Position numbers and translations under genes: made by a program. From assembly GCF_004765795.1 (NCBI RefSeq), contig NZ_SBIV01000008.1, forward strand, positions 62,001 through 126,000: 64,000 bases of DNA, written 5' to 3'. This document shows, piece after piece, positions 34,613-43,653 of this stretch (positions within the stretch are counted from its first letter, which is position 1; each line of letters opens with the position of its first letter). The DNA comes from Halorussus marinus (GTDB lineage Archaea > Halobacteriota > Halobacteria > Halobacteriales > Haladaptataceae). Below the pieces are notes generated by a model that saw only the letters and a program-made list of their open reading frames with translations, had not been told where the DNA came from and searched no databases.

Positions 34613-37477
34613 ATGGATACGACTCGGTCACCTCGGGACGCGAGCGGTCCCGTATCGGTCCTCCTCGTGGGACCCGAGCCGTGGCGAGAGCGGGTGAGAC
34701 CGGCGCTCGGCGGGGAGGGCCTCGCGGCGCGGTCGGTCGGCGACCGCGAGGAGGCGCTCGGGGCGGTGACCGGCCGGTCGTCCGACGTCGACTGCGTGGT
34801 CAGCGCCCACCGCCTCGACGCCGGGACGGGGCTCGATCTGCTGGAGGCGCTCGGATCGGCGGGATCGTCGGTGGCGTTCGTGCTCGCGCCGATCGACGGC
34901 ACCGAATCGCTCGCCTGCGAGGCGGTCGCGGCGGGCGTCGACGGCTACGTCCCGATCGGCGACGGCGGCGCGGACGCCGACCTCGCGAGCCGGTGTGAGA
35001 CCGCGGTGGCCCGAGCCCGCGAGGACCGCGATCGGGCGGCGAAGGCGAGCCGGTTCGAGGCCTTCTTCGCCGACCCGGACCGGTTCGTCGCGGTCCTCGA
35101 TCCCGACGGGACGGTCGTCCGGGCGAACCCGGCGGCCCTCGACGCGCTCGGGCTCGACGAGAGCGCCGCGATCGGCAAGCGGTTCTGGGGACTGCCGTGG
35201 GTGAGCTTCGACGATTCGCGCCGGGACCTCCAGCGCGCGGTCCGGCGGGGCGCCGCGGGCGAGTACGCCACGTTCGAGGCGGGTCTGGCCGGCGACGACA
35301 GGAGCCGCTTCGAGTTCACGGTCCGGCCGGTCGGCGACGACGTCACCGGCCTCGTCGTCGAGGGCCACGAGGTCGCCGAGCGCGTCCGACTCGAAGAGGA
35401 GCTCCGCGAGTCCGAGGAGCTACACCGCGTCACGCTCAACAACATGACCGACACGGTGTTGGTCACCGACGATGACGGGGCGTTCACCTACGTCTGTCCG
35501 AACGTCCACTTCATCTTCGGCTACAGCGTCGAGGAGCTCTACGAGTTCGGGACCATCGACGAACTCCTCGGCGAGGACCTGTTCGACCGCGACCGGCTCG
35601 ACGCCGAGAACGTCCTGACGAACGTCGAGTGCACCGCGACCGACAAGCACGGCCGCGAGCACACCCTGCTCGTGAACGTCCGGCAGGTCTCGATTCAGGG
35701 CGGGACCACCCTCTACAGCTGTCGGGACATCACCAAGCGCAAACAGCGCGAGACGGCGCTCACCCAGCTCCACCAGACGAGCCGGAACCTCCTGTACGCA
35801 GAGACCAAGTCGGAGATCGCGACCGAGGTGGTGACCGACGCGACCGCGGTCCTCCGGACGCCCGCGGCGGCGGTCTACCGCTTCGACCGCGAGGCCAACG
35901 CGCTGGTGCCGGCCGCCGTCGCGGGCGCGCTCGACGAGCGGGCCGGCGGGCTGGCGGAGCTGTCGCCCGACCGGACCACGGCCGTGAGCCGGGCGTTCGT
36001 CGACGAGCAGACCACGACGCGCGCGGACGCCGACCGGGACGAGATCGACCCCGCGCCGCTCTCGGAGTTCGGCGACTTCGTCGCGGTTCCGCTCGGCGAC
36101 CACGGCGTCTTCGTGGCCGCCGCGGCGGACCCGGACGCCTTCGACGAGGTGAGCGAGGAGGTCGCCGAACTGCTCGCGGCGACCGCGGAGGCGGCGTTCG
36201 ACCGGATCGAGCGCGAGACCGAACTCCGGGAGCGCGACCGGACCCTCCAGCGACAGAACCGTCGGCTCTCCCAGCTCAATCGGGTGAACGAGTTCATCCG
36301 CGAGATAGATCAGGCGCTGGTCGGCGCACGGACCCGCGAGACCATCGAGGAGGCGGTCTGCGACAGGCTCACGAGCGACGACCGGTTCGCGTTCGCGTGG
36401 ATCGGCGAGACCGCCGCCTCGGACGCGACGCTCAGACCGCGGGCGTGGGCGGGCGACGAACGGGGCTATCTCGACAGCGTCTCGCTGGAGCCCGGCGCCG
36501 ACGCCGCGGGCGTCGAGCCGAGCGTCCGAACCGCGACCGAACGCGAGGCGACGTTCGTCTCGAACGTCGCCGACCGCCTCCGAGACGCCGAGTGGTGTCC
36601 GGAGGCGGCGGCCCGGGGGTTCCAGTCGGTCCTGTCGATCCCGCTCGCCTACGACGACGTGCTGTTCGGGACGCTGACCGTCTACGCGAACGAGCCCGCG
36701 GCGTTCGACGAGATGGTGCGGTCGGTGCTGTGCGAGCTCGGCGACACGGTGGCGTCGGCCATCAACGCCGTCCAGCGCACCGAGGCGCTCCGGAGCGACA
36801 CCACGGTGGAACTGGAGTACCGCATCGCCGACCGGAGCGCGGTGCTCTATCGGCTCGCCGAGGAGACCGGCGCGGCGTTGCGCGCCGAGAGCGACCTGAC
36901 CCGCGAGGACGGCACGACGCTCGTGTTCGTCACCGTGGAGGGCGCGCCGCTCGATCGGGTGGTCGACGCCGCCGCCGAGTCGGTCGGGATCACGAGCGTC
37001 GAGGCGCTCCGCGAGACCGACGACGGCGGGCTGGTCTGTCTCCGGGTCGGCGACCACTTTCTCACGCGGACTCTCGCCGACCACGGGGCGCTCGTCCGCG
37101 AACTGCGCGCGACGCCCGAGGGCCTCTCGCTGACGGTGGACGTCCCCGACTCGGTCAGCGCCCGGTCGATCGACGAGGTGATCTCGAACGCCTACCCCGG
37201 CGCGGACCTGATCGCACAGCGCGAGCGAACCCGTCCGCTCGACACCCGCGGGCGGCCCGGACGGTTGGCCGACGAGCTCACCGACCGCCAACTGGAGGTC
37301 GCGCAGGTGGCCTACCACAGCGGCTTCTTCGACAGCCAGCGCGACGTGACCGGCCGCGACGTCGCCGCCATGCTCGACATCTCTCACACCGCGTTCTACG
37401 ACCACGTCAACCGCATCCAGCGGAAGCTGTTCGCCTCCCTGCTCGAAACCGCGCCGGGAGCCGCGGACGTTGAATAG
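34613..37477 (+). CDS. Bacterio-opsin-activator-like sensor regulator (pseudo-REC, PAS, PAS, GAF, GAF, BAT, HTH-10)
   Basis: N-terminal REC-like 'DCVVSAHRL'; PAS segments ending 'RDITKRK'; GAF 'SIPLAYDDVLFGTLTVYA'; HTH-10 'LTDRQLEVAQVAYHSGFF'. Confidence 0.9.
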   Translation: MDTTRSPRDASGPVSVLLVGPEPWRERVRPALGGEGLAARSVGDREEALGAVTGRSSDVDCVVSAHRLDAGTGLDLLEALGSAGSSVAFVLAPIDGTESLACEAVAAGVDGYVPIGDGGADADLASRCETAVARAREDRDRAAKASRFEAFFADPDRFVAVLDPDGTVVRANPAALDALGLDESAAIGKRFWGLPWVSFDDSRRDLQRAVRRGAAGEYATFEAGLAGDDRSRFEFTVRPVGDDVTGLVVEGHEVAERVRLEEELRESEELHRVTLNNMTDTVLVTDDDGAFTYVCPNVHFIFGYSVEELYEFGTIDELLGEDLFDRDRLDAENVLTNVECTATDKHGREHTLLVNVRQVSIQGGTTLYSCRDITKRKQRETALTQLHQTSRNLLYAETKSEIATEVVTDATAVLRTPAAAVYRFDREANALVPAAVAGALDERAGGLAELSPDRTTAVSRAFVDEQTTTRADADRDEIDPAPLSEFGDFVAVPLGDHGVFVAAAADPDAFDEVSEEVAELLAATAEAAFDRIERETELRERDRTLQRQNRRLSQLNRVNEFIREIDQALVGARTRETIEEAVCDRLTSDDRFAFAWIGETAASDATLRPRAWAGDERGYLDSVSLEPGADAAGVEPSVRTATEREATFVSNVADRLRDAEWCPEAAARGFQSVLSIPLAYDDVLFGTLTVYANEPAAFDEMVRSVLCELGDTVASAINAVQRTEALRSDTTVELEYRIADRSAVLYRLAEETGAALRAESDLTREDGTTLVFVTVEGAPLDRVVDAAAESVGITSVEALRETDDGGLVCLRVGDHFLTRTLADHGALVRELRATPEGLSLTVDVPDSVSARSIDEVISNAYPGADLIAQRERTRPLDTRGRPGRLADELTDRQLEVAQVAYHSGFFDSQRDVTGRDVAAMLDISHTAFYDHVNRIQRKLFASLLETAPGAADVE

Positions 37478-37515
37478 TAACCCGTGTCAGAGATATTCAC
37501 GGTTTACTATTCAAC
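37469..37515. promoter_or_regulatory. 18-bp inverted repeat (17/18 match) upstream of the Zn-ribbon/gdhB unit
   Basis: GTTGAATAGTAACCCGTG-N11-CACGGTTTACTATTCAAC. Confidence 0.7.
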
Positions 37516-37559
37516 TGCGACGCCCATGTGGCTGGCTCGGATACCAGTAGTCACCGAGC

Positions 37560-37709
37560 ATGAGCCAACGCGATGTCACCTACGACGCCGACGACGCCTA
37601 CGAGTACGAGTGTCTCCGGTGTGCCGAGACGGTGCGCGCCACCGGTCACCCCGGCGGGTGTCCGGAGTGTGCGAGTCCGATGCGAAACCGACGGATGCCC
37701 TACGAGTAA
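37560..37709 (+). CDS. Small rubrerythrin-like/CPxCG-type Zn-ribbon protein (49 aa)
   Basis: Not in the ORF track: [49 protein letters not shown]. One base separates its stop from the gdhB ATG. Confidence 0.8.
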   Translation: MSQRDVTYDADDAYEYECLRCAETVRATGHPGGCPECASPMRNRRMPYE

Positions 37710-37710
37710 G

Positions 37711-38997
37711 ATGGCGACCCACACTGCAGAGGGCGCCGAACCCGACGAGGCCGAGGCCGAATCCGCGCTCGAAACCGCCCTGCGACAGCTCTCGGCGGCC
37801 GCCGCGCACGTCGACACCGACGAGGGCGTGATCGAGCGGCTCAAACACCCCACTCGCGTCGTGGAGGTCGCGGTCCCGCTCGAACGCGACGACGGGAGCG
37901 TCGAGGTGTACACGGGCTACCGCGCCCAGCACGACGACGTCCGGGGCCCGTACAAGGGCGGACTTCGGTTCCACCCGGAGGTCACCGCCGAGGAGTGCGT
38001 GGGGCTGTCGATGTGGATGACCTGGAAGTGTGCGGTGATGGACCTGCCGTTCGGCGGCGCGAAGGGCGGCGTCGTCGTGAACCCCAAGGAACTGAGCACC
38101 GAGGAAAAAGAGCGGCTCACCCGCCGGTTCGCTGGCGAGATCCGCGACACGATCGGCCCGAAACGCGACATCCCGGCGCCGGACATGGGCACCGACGCCC
38201 AGACGATGGCGTGGTTCATGGACGCCTACTCGATGCAGGAGGGCGAGACGATCCCCGGCGTGGTCACGGGCAAGCCGCCCGTGATCGGCGGGAGCTACGG
38301 CCGCGAGGAAGCCCCCGGCCGGAGCGTCGCTATCATCGCCCGGGAAGCCATCGACTACTACGGGAAGCGCATCGAGGACGCGACGGTGGCGGTCCAGGGG
38401 TTCGGGAGCGTGGGGGCCAACGCGGCCCGGGCGCTCGACGACTGGGGCGCGGACGTGGTGGCGGTCAGCGACGTCAACGGCGCGGCCTACGACACGACCG
38501 GGCTGGACACCCACGCGGTCCCCTCCCACGAGGAACAGCCCGAGGCCGTGATGCAGTACGACGCCCCGAACACGCTGACCAACGAGGAACTTCTCGAACT
38601 CGACGTGGACGTGCTGATCCCGGCCGCGATCGGGAACGTCATCACCGCCGACAACGCCGGCGACGTCGACGCCGACGTGGTCGTCGAGGGCGCGAACGGC
38701 CCGACGACGTCGACCGCCGATACGATCCTCGAAGAGCGGGGCGTGCCGGTGGTGCCCGACATCCTCGCGAACGCCGGCGGGGTCACGGTGTCGTACTTCG
38801 AGTGGCTTCAGGACATCAACCGCCGCCAGTGGTCGCGCGAACGCGTCAACGAGGAGCTCGAAGACCACATGCTCTCGGCGTGGAACGACGTTCGAGCCGA
38901 GGTCGAGGCCCGCGACGTGAGCTGGCGCGACGCCGCCTACGTCGTCGCGCTCGGTCGAATCGGCGAGGCGAAAGCGACCCGCGGGCTCTGGCCGTAG
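37711..38997 (+). CDS. gdhB: Glutamate dehydrogenase
   Basis: Motifs '[11 protein letters not shown]', 'MTWKCA', 'PFGGAKGG', 'DIPAPDMGT', 'GFGSVG' and 'EGANGP'. Confidence 0.95.
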   Translation: MATHTAEGAEPDEAEAESALETALRQLSAAAAHVDTDEGVIERLKHPTRVVEVAVPLERDDGSVEVYTGYRAQHDDVRGPYKGGLRFHPEVTAEECVGLSMWMTWKCAVMDLPFGGAKGGVVVNPKELSTEEKERLTRRFAGEIRDTIGPKRDIPAPDMGTDAQTMAWFMDAYSMQEGETIPGVVTGKPPVIGGSYGREEAPGRSVAIIAREAIDYYGKRIEDATVAVQGFGSVGANAARALDDWGADVVAVSDVNGAAYDTTGLDTHAVPSHEEQPEAVMQYDAPNTLTNEELLELDVDVLIPAAIGNVITADNAGDVDADVVVEGANGPTTSTADTILEERGVPVVPDILANAGGVTVSYFEWLQDINRRQWSRERVNEELEDHMLSAWNDVRAEVEARDVSWRDAAYVVALGRIGEAKATRGLWP

Positions 38998-39104
38998 GTC
39001 GCACCCGGAGCGAACCGCCGACACGGTGGGCGCATCGCGTTCGCTTCACATGGGTTTGCTTGCACGGACGGCGATGCGCCGGGTCAGGGGCGGGACGCGG
39101 TCGA

Positions 39105-40508
39105 TCACTCTATTTCGGTCACTCGACCGACGAACAGCGGCGTCTCGGTCGGCTTGTCCCGGATGTAAAACAGGAACGGTCGATCGACGGTCATCTCGAC
39201 CCGGTCGGAGAGCGCGGTCTCGGCGATGACCGCGGCGGTCGCGGCCGCGGCCTCGGTGCCCCGCTCGTCGACCGACACGAAACTCTGATGGAAGACGTCG
39301 TCGACGAACAGGTCCCGGTCGTCGCTCATCCCGCTCAGGTCGGCTCGCGGCGTGAACGCTTCGTCCATGCCGAGTTCGCGGAGCGTCTCCACGAGGCTGA
39401 CCCCGGTCTCGAACTCGAACTTCGGGAGCGAGAGCGTGACCTGCGCGCGGCTCGCTTGCTCTACCATGATCGCGAGCCGGTCGACCGTCAGCGACGACTC
39501 GAACGCCTCGAACGCCCCCTCGGCCGGGAGGACCACGACCATGCTTGTGTCGCCGTTCGCGTAGTCGAGTTCGACGAGCTGGTGGCCCTCGATCTCGGCG
39601 TACCGGGTCTTCAGCTCCTGTCGCATCGTGGGCACGTCGGCGGTCGAGCCGTCGAGCGCGGTGAACGGACGGGGCTCGGTTTCGTCCTCGGAGAACGGCA
39701 TCGCCCACCGCGCCGAGAAGTAGACGGCGTTGGTGAGCACGAGCCGCGTCGCGGTGTCGATCGACCCCCTCGGGAGCAGGTCCTCGATGCGGTCGTTCGT
39801 CCGGTCGGCGACCCACCCGTTGATCCGCTCGCGGGCGGCCTCGGGGTCGCCCGTGAAGTCCGCGAGCCTGAGCCCGGCGCCGTAGTAGGCGTCCAGCAGG
39901 TCCAGAAACGCCTCGCCGAAGGGAAAGCCCTCTTGGCCCCACGCGCTGTTGGCCGCGGTGAGTTCGAACGCCGGGCCGGCGTCCTCGCCGTCCGCCTCGC
40001 CCGTCGCGGTCCGGACGGCCGCGTCCGTCCCGTCCTCGTTCCGTCGGGCGAACTCGGCCTCCAGCGCGGCGAACGCCGCGTGGAGGCGCTCGCCGTCGAG
40101 TTCGAAGTCGAGCGCCCCGGCCATCTCCTCGCGGGTGGTCCCGCGGGCGCCGGCGTACGTCATCGCCAGCGCGACCGAGACGCTGTACGGCGAGGCGAAG
40201 ACGTTGCCGCCCTCGCGGTCGCCAAGAACCCTCAGCAGGTCGAGCCCGAAGGCGACGTTCCCGCGGAGCTGGTCGGCCAGCAGGTCCTCGTCCAGATCGG
40301 GATCGGTCGCGAAGTCGGGGTCGGGGAACGCGGGCGCCTCGAAGTCGTCGAAGCCGGTCGGCTCGGTCGTCGTGTCGGTCGGGTCGGGCCGGTCGGTCGT
40401 CTCGGAGGTCGCGGTCGTCTCCGCGCGGGGCTCGTCGCCGGCACAGCCGGCGAGTCCGGCGAGAAACGCGCCGGTCAGCGCGAGCGTCTCGCGTCGTCGG
40501 AAGGGCAT
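39105..40508 (-). CDS. Serpin, Tat lipoprotein
   Basis: Tat signal and lipobox 'RRRETL...LAGC'; 'NVFASPYS', 'LTNAVYF', 'LPKF', and 'VDERGTEAAAAT...VDRPFLF'. Confidence 0.93.
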   Translation of the reverse strand: MPFRRRETLALTGAFLAGLAGCAGDEPRAETTATSETTDRPDPTDTTTEPTGFDDFEAPAFPDPDFATDPDLDEDLLADQLRGNVAFGLDLLRVLGDREGGNVFASPYSVSVALAMTYAGARGTTREEMAGALDFELDGERLHAAFAALEAEFARRNEDGTDAAVRTATGEADGEDAGPAFELTAANSAWGQEGFPFGEAFLDLLDAYYGAGLRLADFTGDPEAARERINGWVADRTNDRIEDLLPRGSIDTATRLVLTNAVYFSARWAMPFSEDETEPRPFTALDGSTADVPTMRQELKTRYAEIEGHQLVELDYANGDTSMVVVLPAEGAFEAFESSLTVDRLAIMVEQASRAQVTLSLPKFEFETGVSLVETLRELGMDEAFTPRADLSGMSDDRDLFVDDVFHQSFVSVDERGTEAAAATAAVIAETALSDRVEMTVDRPFLFYIRDKPTETPLFVGRVTEIE

Positions 40509-40694
40509 GCGCGGCGGTTCGGTCCGGCGTCCTAAACGCTTTCTGTAGGGTGAAGCCCGCGTTTGAGTCATCTGTCCTCCGGTCCGGGCGGCCGAGTCGG
40601 GTCGGGCGGGCGGCCGAACCCGGACGTGTCACCGCGTCTGAACGCGGTTACCGACACGGGGAGCTTTAAGCCCCGGTGTTACGACGATTGAGTC

Positions 40695-41708
40695 ATGAGA
40701 GTTGCGATACTCGCTCACGAGAAGTTCCCGGACGGTGCCAAGACCGCGCTCGGCCTGTTGCGATACTCCGACTACGACATCGAGGCGGTCCTCGACCGGG
40801 ACACCGCCGGCGGCCGGGTCGCCGACTACGTGGCCGACGTGCAGGACGCCCCCATCGTCGCGGGGATGGACGAGGCCCCCGAGGTCGACGCGCTCATCGT
40901 CGGCATCGCGCCGATCGGCGGCGGGTTCGACGACTCGTGGCGCTCGGACGTCCGGACGGCGCTCGAACGCGGCTGTGACCTGATCTCGGGGCTCCACTAC
41001 TTCCTCGAAGACGACGAGGAGTTCGCCGGGCTCGCGGCCGAGCACGGCGGGGACATCTGGGACGTGCGAAACCCGCCGACCGACCTCTCGGTCGCGGACG
41101 GGGTCGCCGACGAGGTCGACGCGGAGGTCGTCCTGACGGTCGGGACCGACTGCTCGGTCGGGAAGATGACCGCCACGATGGAACTACTCGAAGCCGCCCG
41201 CGACCGCGGGGTCGACGCCGGATTCATCCCGACGGGCCAGACCGGCATCATGATCGAGGGGTGGGGCAACCCCATCGACCGGGTGATCTCGGACTTCACC
41301 GCCGGCGCGGTCGAGGAGATGATCGTCGAGCGCGGCGACGACTACGACTACCTGTTCGTCGAGGGGCAGGGAAGCATCGTCCACCCGGCCTACTCGGCGG
41401 TCACCTGCGGCATCCTCCACGGGTCGATGGCCGACGAGCTCGTGCTGTGTCACGAGGCGGGCCGCGAGGCGATCCACGGCTACGAGGACACCGCCCTCCC
41501 GCCGGTCGCGGAGTACGTCGACCTCTACGAGAACCTCGCCCGGCCGGTCCACGAGACCGAGGTGGTCGCCGGCGCGCTCAACACCCGGTCGGTCGAGGAG
41601 GACGACGCGGCCCGCGACGCCGTCGCGTCGTTCGCCGACGAACTCGGCGCGCCGGCGACCGACCCCGTCCGGTTCGACGCCGACGACGTGCTGGAGGCGA
41701 TCCTATGA
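40695..41708 (+). CDS. DUF1611-family P-loop protein (DgcN-like)
   Basis: Motifs 'AKTALGLLRY', 'VGTDCSVGKMT', 'TGQTGI' and 'VEGQGSIVHPAYS'. Confidence 0.88.
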   Translation: MRVAILAHEKFPDGAKTALGLLRYSDYDIEAVLDRDTAGGRVADYVADVQDAPIVAGMDEAPEVDALIVGIAPIGGGFDDSWRSDVRTALERGCDLISGLHYFLEDDEEFAGLAAEHGGDIWDVRNPPTDLSVADGVADEVDAEVVLTVGTDCSVGKMTATMELLEAARDRGVDAGFIPTGQTGIMIEGWGNPIDRVISDFTAGAVEEMIVERGDDYDYLFVEGQGSIVHPAYSAVTCGILHGSMADELVLCHEAGREAIHGYEDTALPPVAEYVDLYENLARPVHETEVVAGALNTRSVEEDDAARDAVASFADELGAPATDPVRFDADDVLEAIL

Positions 41709-42745
41709 GCCTCTCGACCGAGTTCGAGCGGGTCGAGCTCCCGCTCGAAGACGCCTTCACCATCTCCCGGAGCACTCAGGAGGTCGCCGAGAACGTGATC
41801 GTCCGGATCTCGGACGGCGAGGGCAACGAGGGCGTCGGCGGGGCCGCGCCCTCGGCCCACTACGGCGAGACCGCCGACACGGTCGAAGCAGTGCTCCCCG
41901 ACCTGCTGGCGGCCGTCGAGGAGGTCGACGACCCCCACCAGCTCGAACGCATCGAGGGCCGGCTGACCGACGTCGTCGAGCGCAACGCGGCCGCCCGGTG
42001 TGCGGTCAGCATCGCACTCCACGATCTGGTCTGTGAACGCCTCGACCTGTCGCTGTACCAGTACTGGGGGCTCGACCCGACCGAGTCGATCGAGAGCTCG
42101 TACACCATCGGGATCGACACCGCCGAGCGGATGCGCGAGAAGACCGAGCGCGCCGTCGAGCGGGGGTACTCCACGCTGAAAGTGAAGGTCGGGACCGACC
42201 GCGACGAGGAGATTCTGGCGGCCGTCCGGGAGGCCGCGCCCGACGCGACGGTCCGGGTCGACGCCAACGAGGGGTGGACGCCCCGCGAGGCCGTCCGGAA
42301 GGTCGAGATGCTCGACGGCTACGGCGTCGAGTTCGTCGAACAGCCGGTGCCGGCGGGCGATCCCGAGGGCCTGCGATTCGTCCGCGAGCAGTCGGTCCTG
42401 CCGATCGCGGCCGACGAGTCGTGTGTCACGCTCGAAGACATCCCCCGGATCGCCGACAAGGCCGACATCGCGAATCTCAAGCTCATGAAGTGTGGCGGAC
42501 TCCGGGAGGCGGTCCGGATGATCCACGCCGCGCGCGCCCACGGCATGGAGGTGATGCTCGGGTGCATGATCGAGTCGAACGCCTCGATCGCGGCGGCGAC
42601 TCACCTCGCACCCCTGCTCGACTACGCCGACCTCGACGGCTCGCTGTTGCTCGCCGAGGACCCCTACGCGGGCGTCCCGATGGACGGCGGCGAGATCGAC
42701 CTCGAAGCGATCGACCGCCCGGGAACCGGCGTCCGCGCCGAGTAG
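41705..42745 (+). CDS. Dipeptide epimerase (L-Ala-D/L-Glu epimerase, enolase superfamily; DgcA-like)
   Basis: ATGA overlap with the upstream gene; motifs 'LKVKVG', 'VDANEGW', 'VEQP', 'ADES', 'NLKLMKCGG', 'GCMIES' and 'DLDG'. Confidence 0.9.
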   Translation: MSLSTEFERVELPLEDAFTISRSTQEVAENVIVRISDGEGNEGVGGAAPSAHYGETADTVEAVLPDLLAAVEEVDDPHQLERIEGRLTDVVERNAAARCAVSIALHDLVCERLDLSLYQYWGLDPTESIESSYTIGIDTAERMREKTERAVERGYSTLKVKVGTDRDEEILAAVREAAPDATVRVDANEGWTPREAVRKVEMLDGYGVEFVEQPVPAGDPEGLRFVREQSVLPIAADESCVTLEDIPRIADKADIANLKLMKCGGLREAVRMIHAARAHGMEVMLGCMIESNASIAAATHLAPLLDYADLDGSLLLAEDPYAGVPMDGGEIDLEAIDRPGTGVRAE

Positions 42746-42816
42746 CCGGTAGCCGGCCTCGCTTTCCGCGAATCCGCCACAACCCCTATTGTCGGCTGTG
42801 GAGTCGGTACCGTACG

Positions 42817-43605
42817 ATGGGACGCGCAGAATCGCCGACCGAGGCGGCCCGACAGCGCGGGGAATCGATCTACGACGGACTGCTCACTGTCGCGATAACA
42901 GGCATCGCCATCATCGTGCCGCTGGTGGTGACACTCTGGGTGCTGGCGACGGTCATCCAGTTCATCGCCGGCGCGTTCGCGCCGATGGTGGCGGCGCTCG
43001 AGTGGACAGGCGTCGTCGGGGTCCTCCGGTCGGTGTGGGTCGACCTCGGGATGGCGGTGCCCAGAGCGGTGTTCGGCTACCTCCCGCAGGTGGTCGCGGT
43101 CATCATCCTCGTGGGCAGTATCGTCGGCGTCGGGAGCCTCGCACACGTCAGGTACGGCGAGCGCATCGTGGTCGTGGTCGACAACGCGCTCGCCGAGATT
43201 CCCGGAATCGGGACGGTCTACCAGAGCGTCCGACGGGTCGGCGACGCGATGCTCGGGAGCGAGGCCGAGAACTTCGAGGACGTGAAGGTAGTCGAGTACC
43301 CCCGCGACGGGTCGTACGTCCTCGGGTTCGAGACGGCACAGTCGCCGCCCGCGATCGGCGAGGCGGTCGGCGAGGACGAGCTCGTGGCGATGTTCCTGCC
43401 GTTCGCTCCCAATCCCGTGATGGGCGGCTATCTGGCTCACATCCCCGAAGACAGGGTGTACGACGTCGACATGACCGTCGAGGAGGGAGTCCGGACGATC
43501 GTCACGACCGGGATCGCCGGCGGCGAGGACGACGACGGCGACTTCGCGATCGGCAACATCCCGGGCGTCGAACACGACGAGGACAGCCCGGCGAAAGCCG
43601 ACTGA
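42817..43605 (+). CDS. DUF502-family membrane protein
   Basis: Motifs 'IPGIGTVYQSVR', 'VEYPRDG', 'FLPFAPNPVMGG' and 'MTVEEG'. Confidence 0.85.
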   Translation: MGRAESPTEAARQRGESIYDGLLTVAITGIAIIVPLVVTLWVLATVIQFIAGAFAPMVAALEWTGVVGVLRSVWVDLGMAVPRAVFGYLPQVVAVIILVGSIVGVGSLAHVRYGERIVVVVDNALAEIPGIGTVYQSVRRVGDAMLGSEAENFEDVKVVEYPRDGSYVLGFETAQSPPAIGEAVGEDELVAMFLPFAPNPVMGGYLAHIPEDRVYDVDMTVEEGVRTIVTTGIAGGEDDDGDFAIGNIPGVEHDEDSPAKAD

Positions 43606-43653
43606 ACGGACGCGGACCGGGCCGTCGGCGCTCGTCGCGACCTCGCGTCCGGG

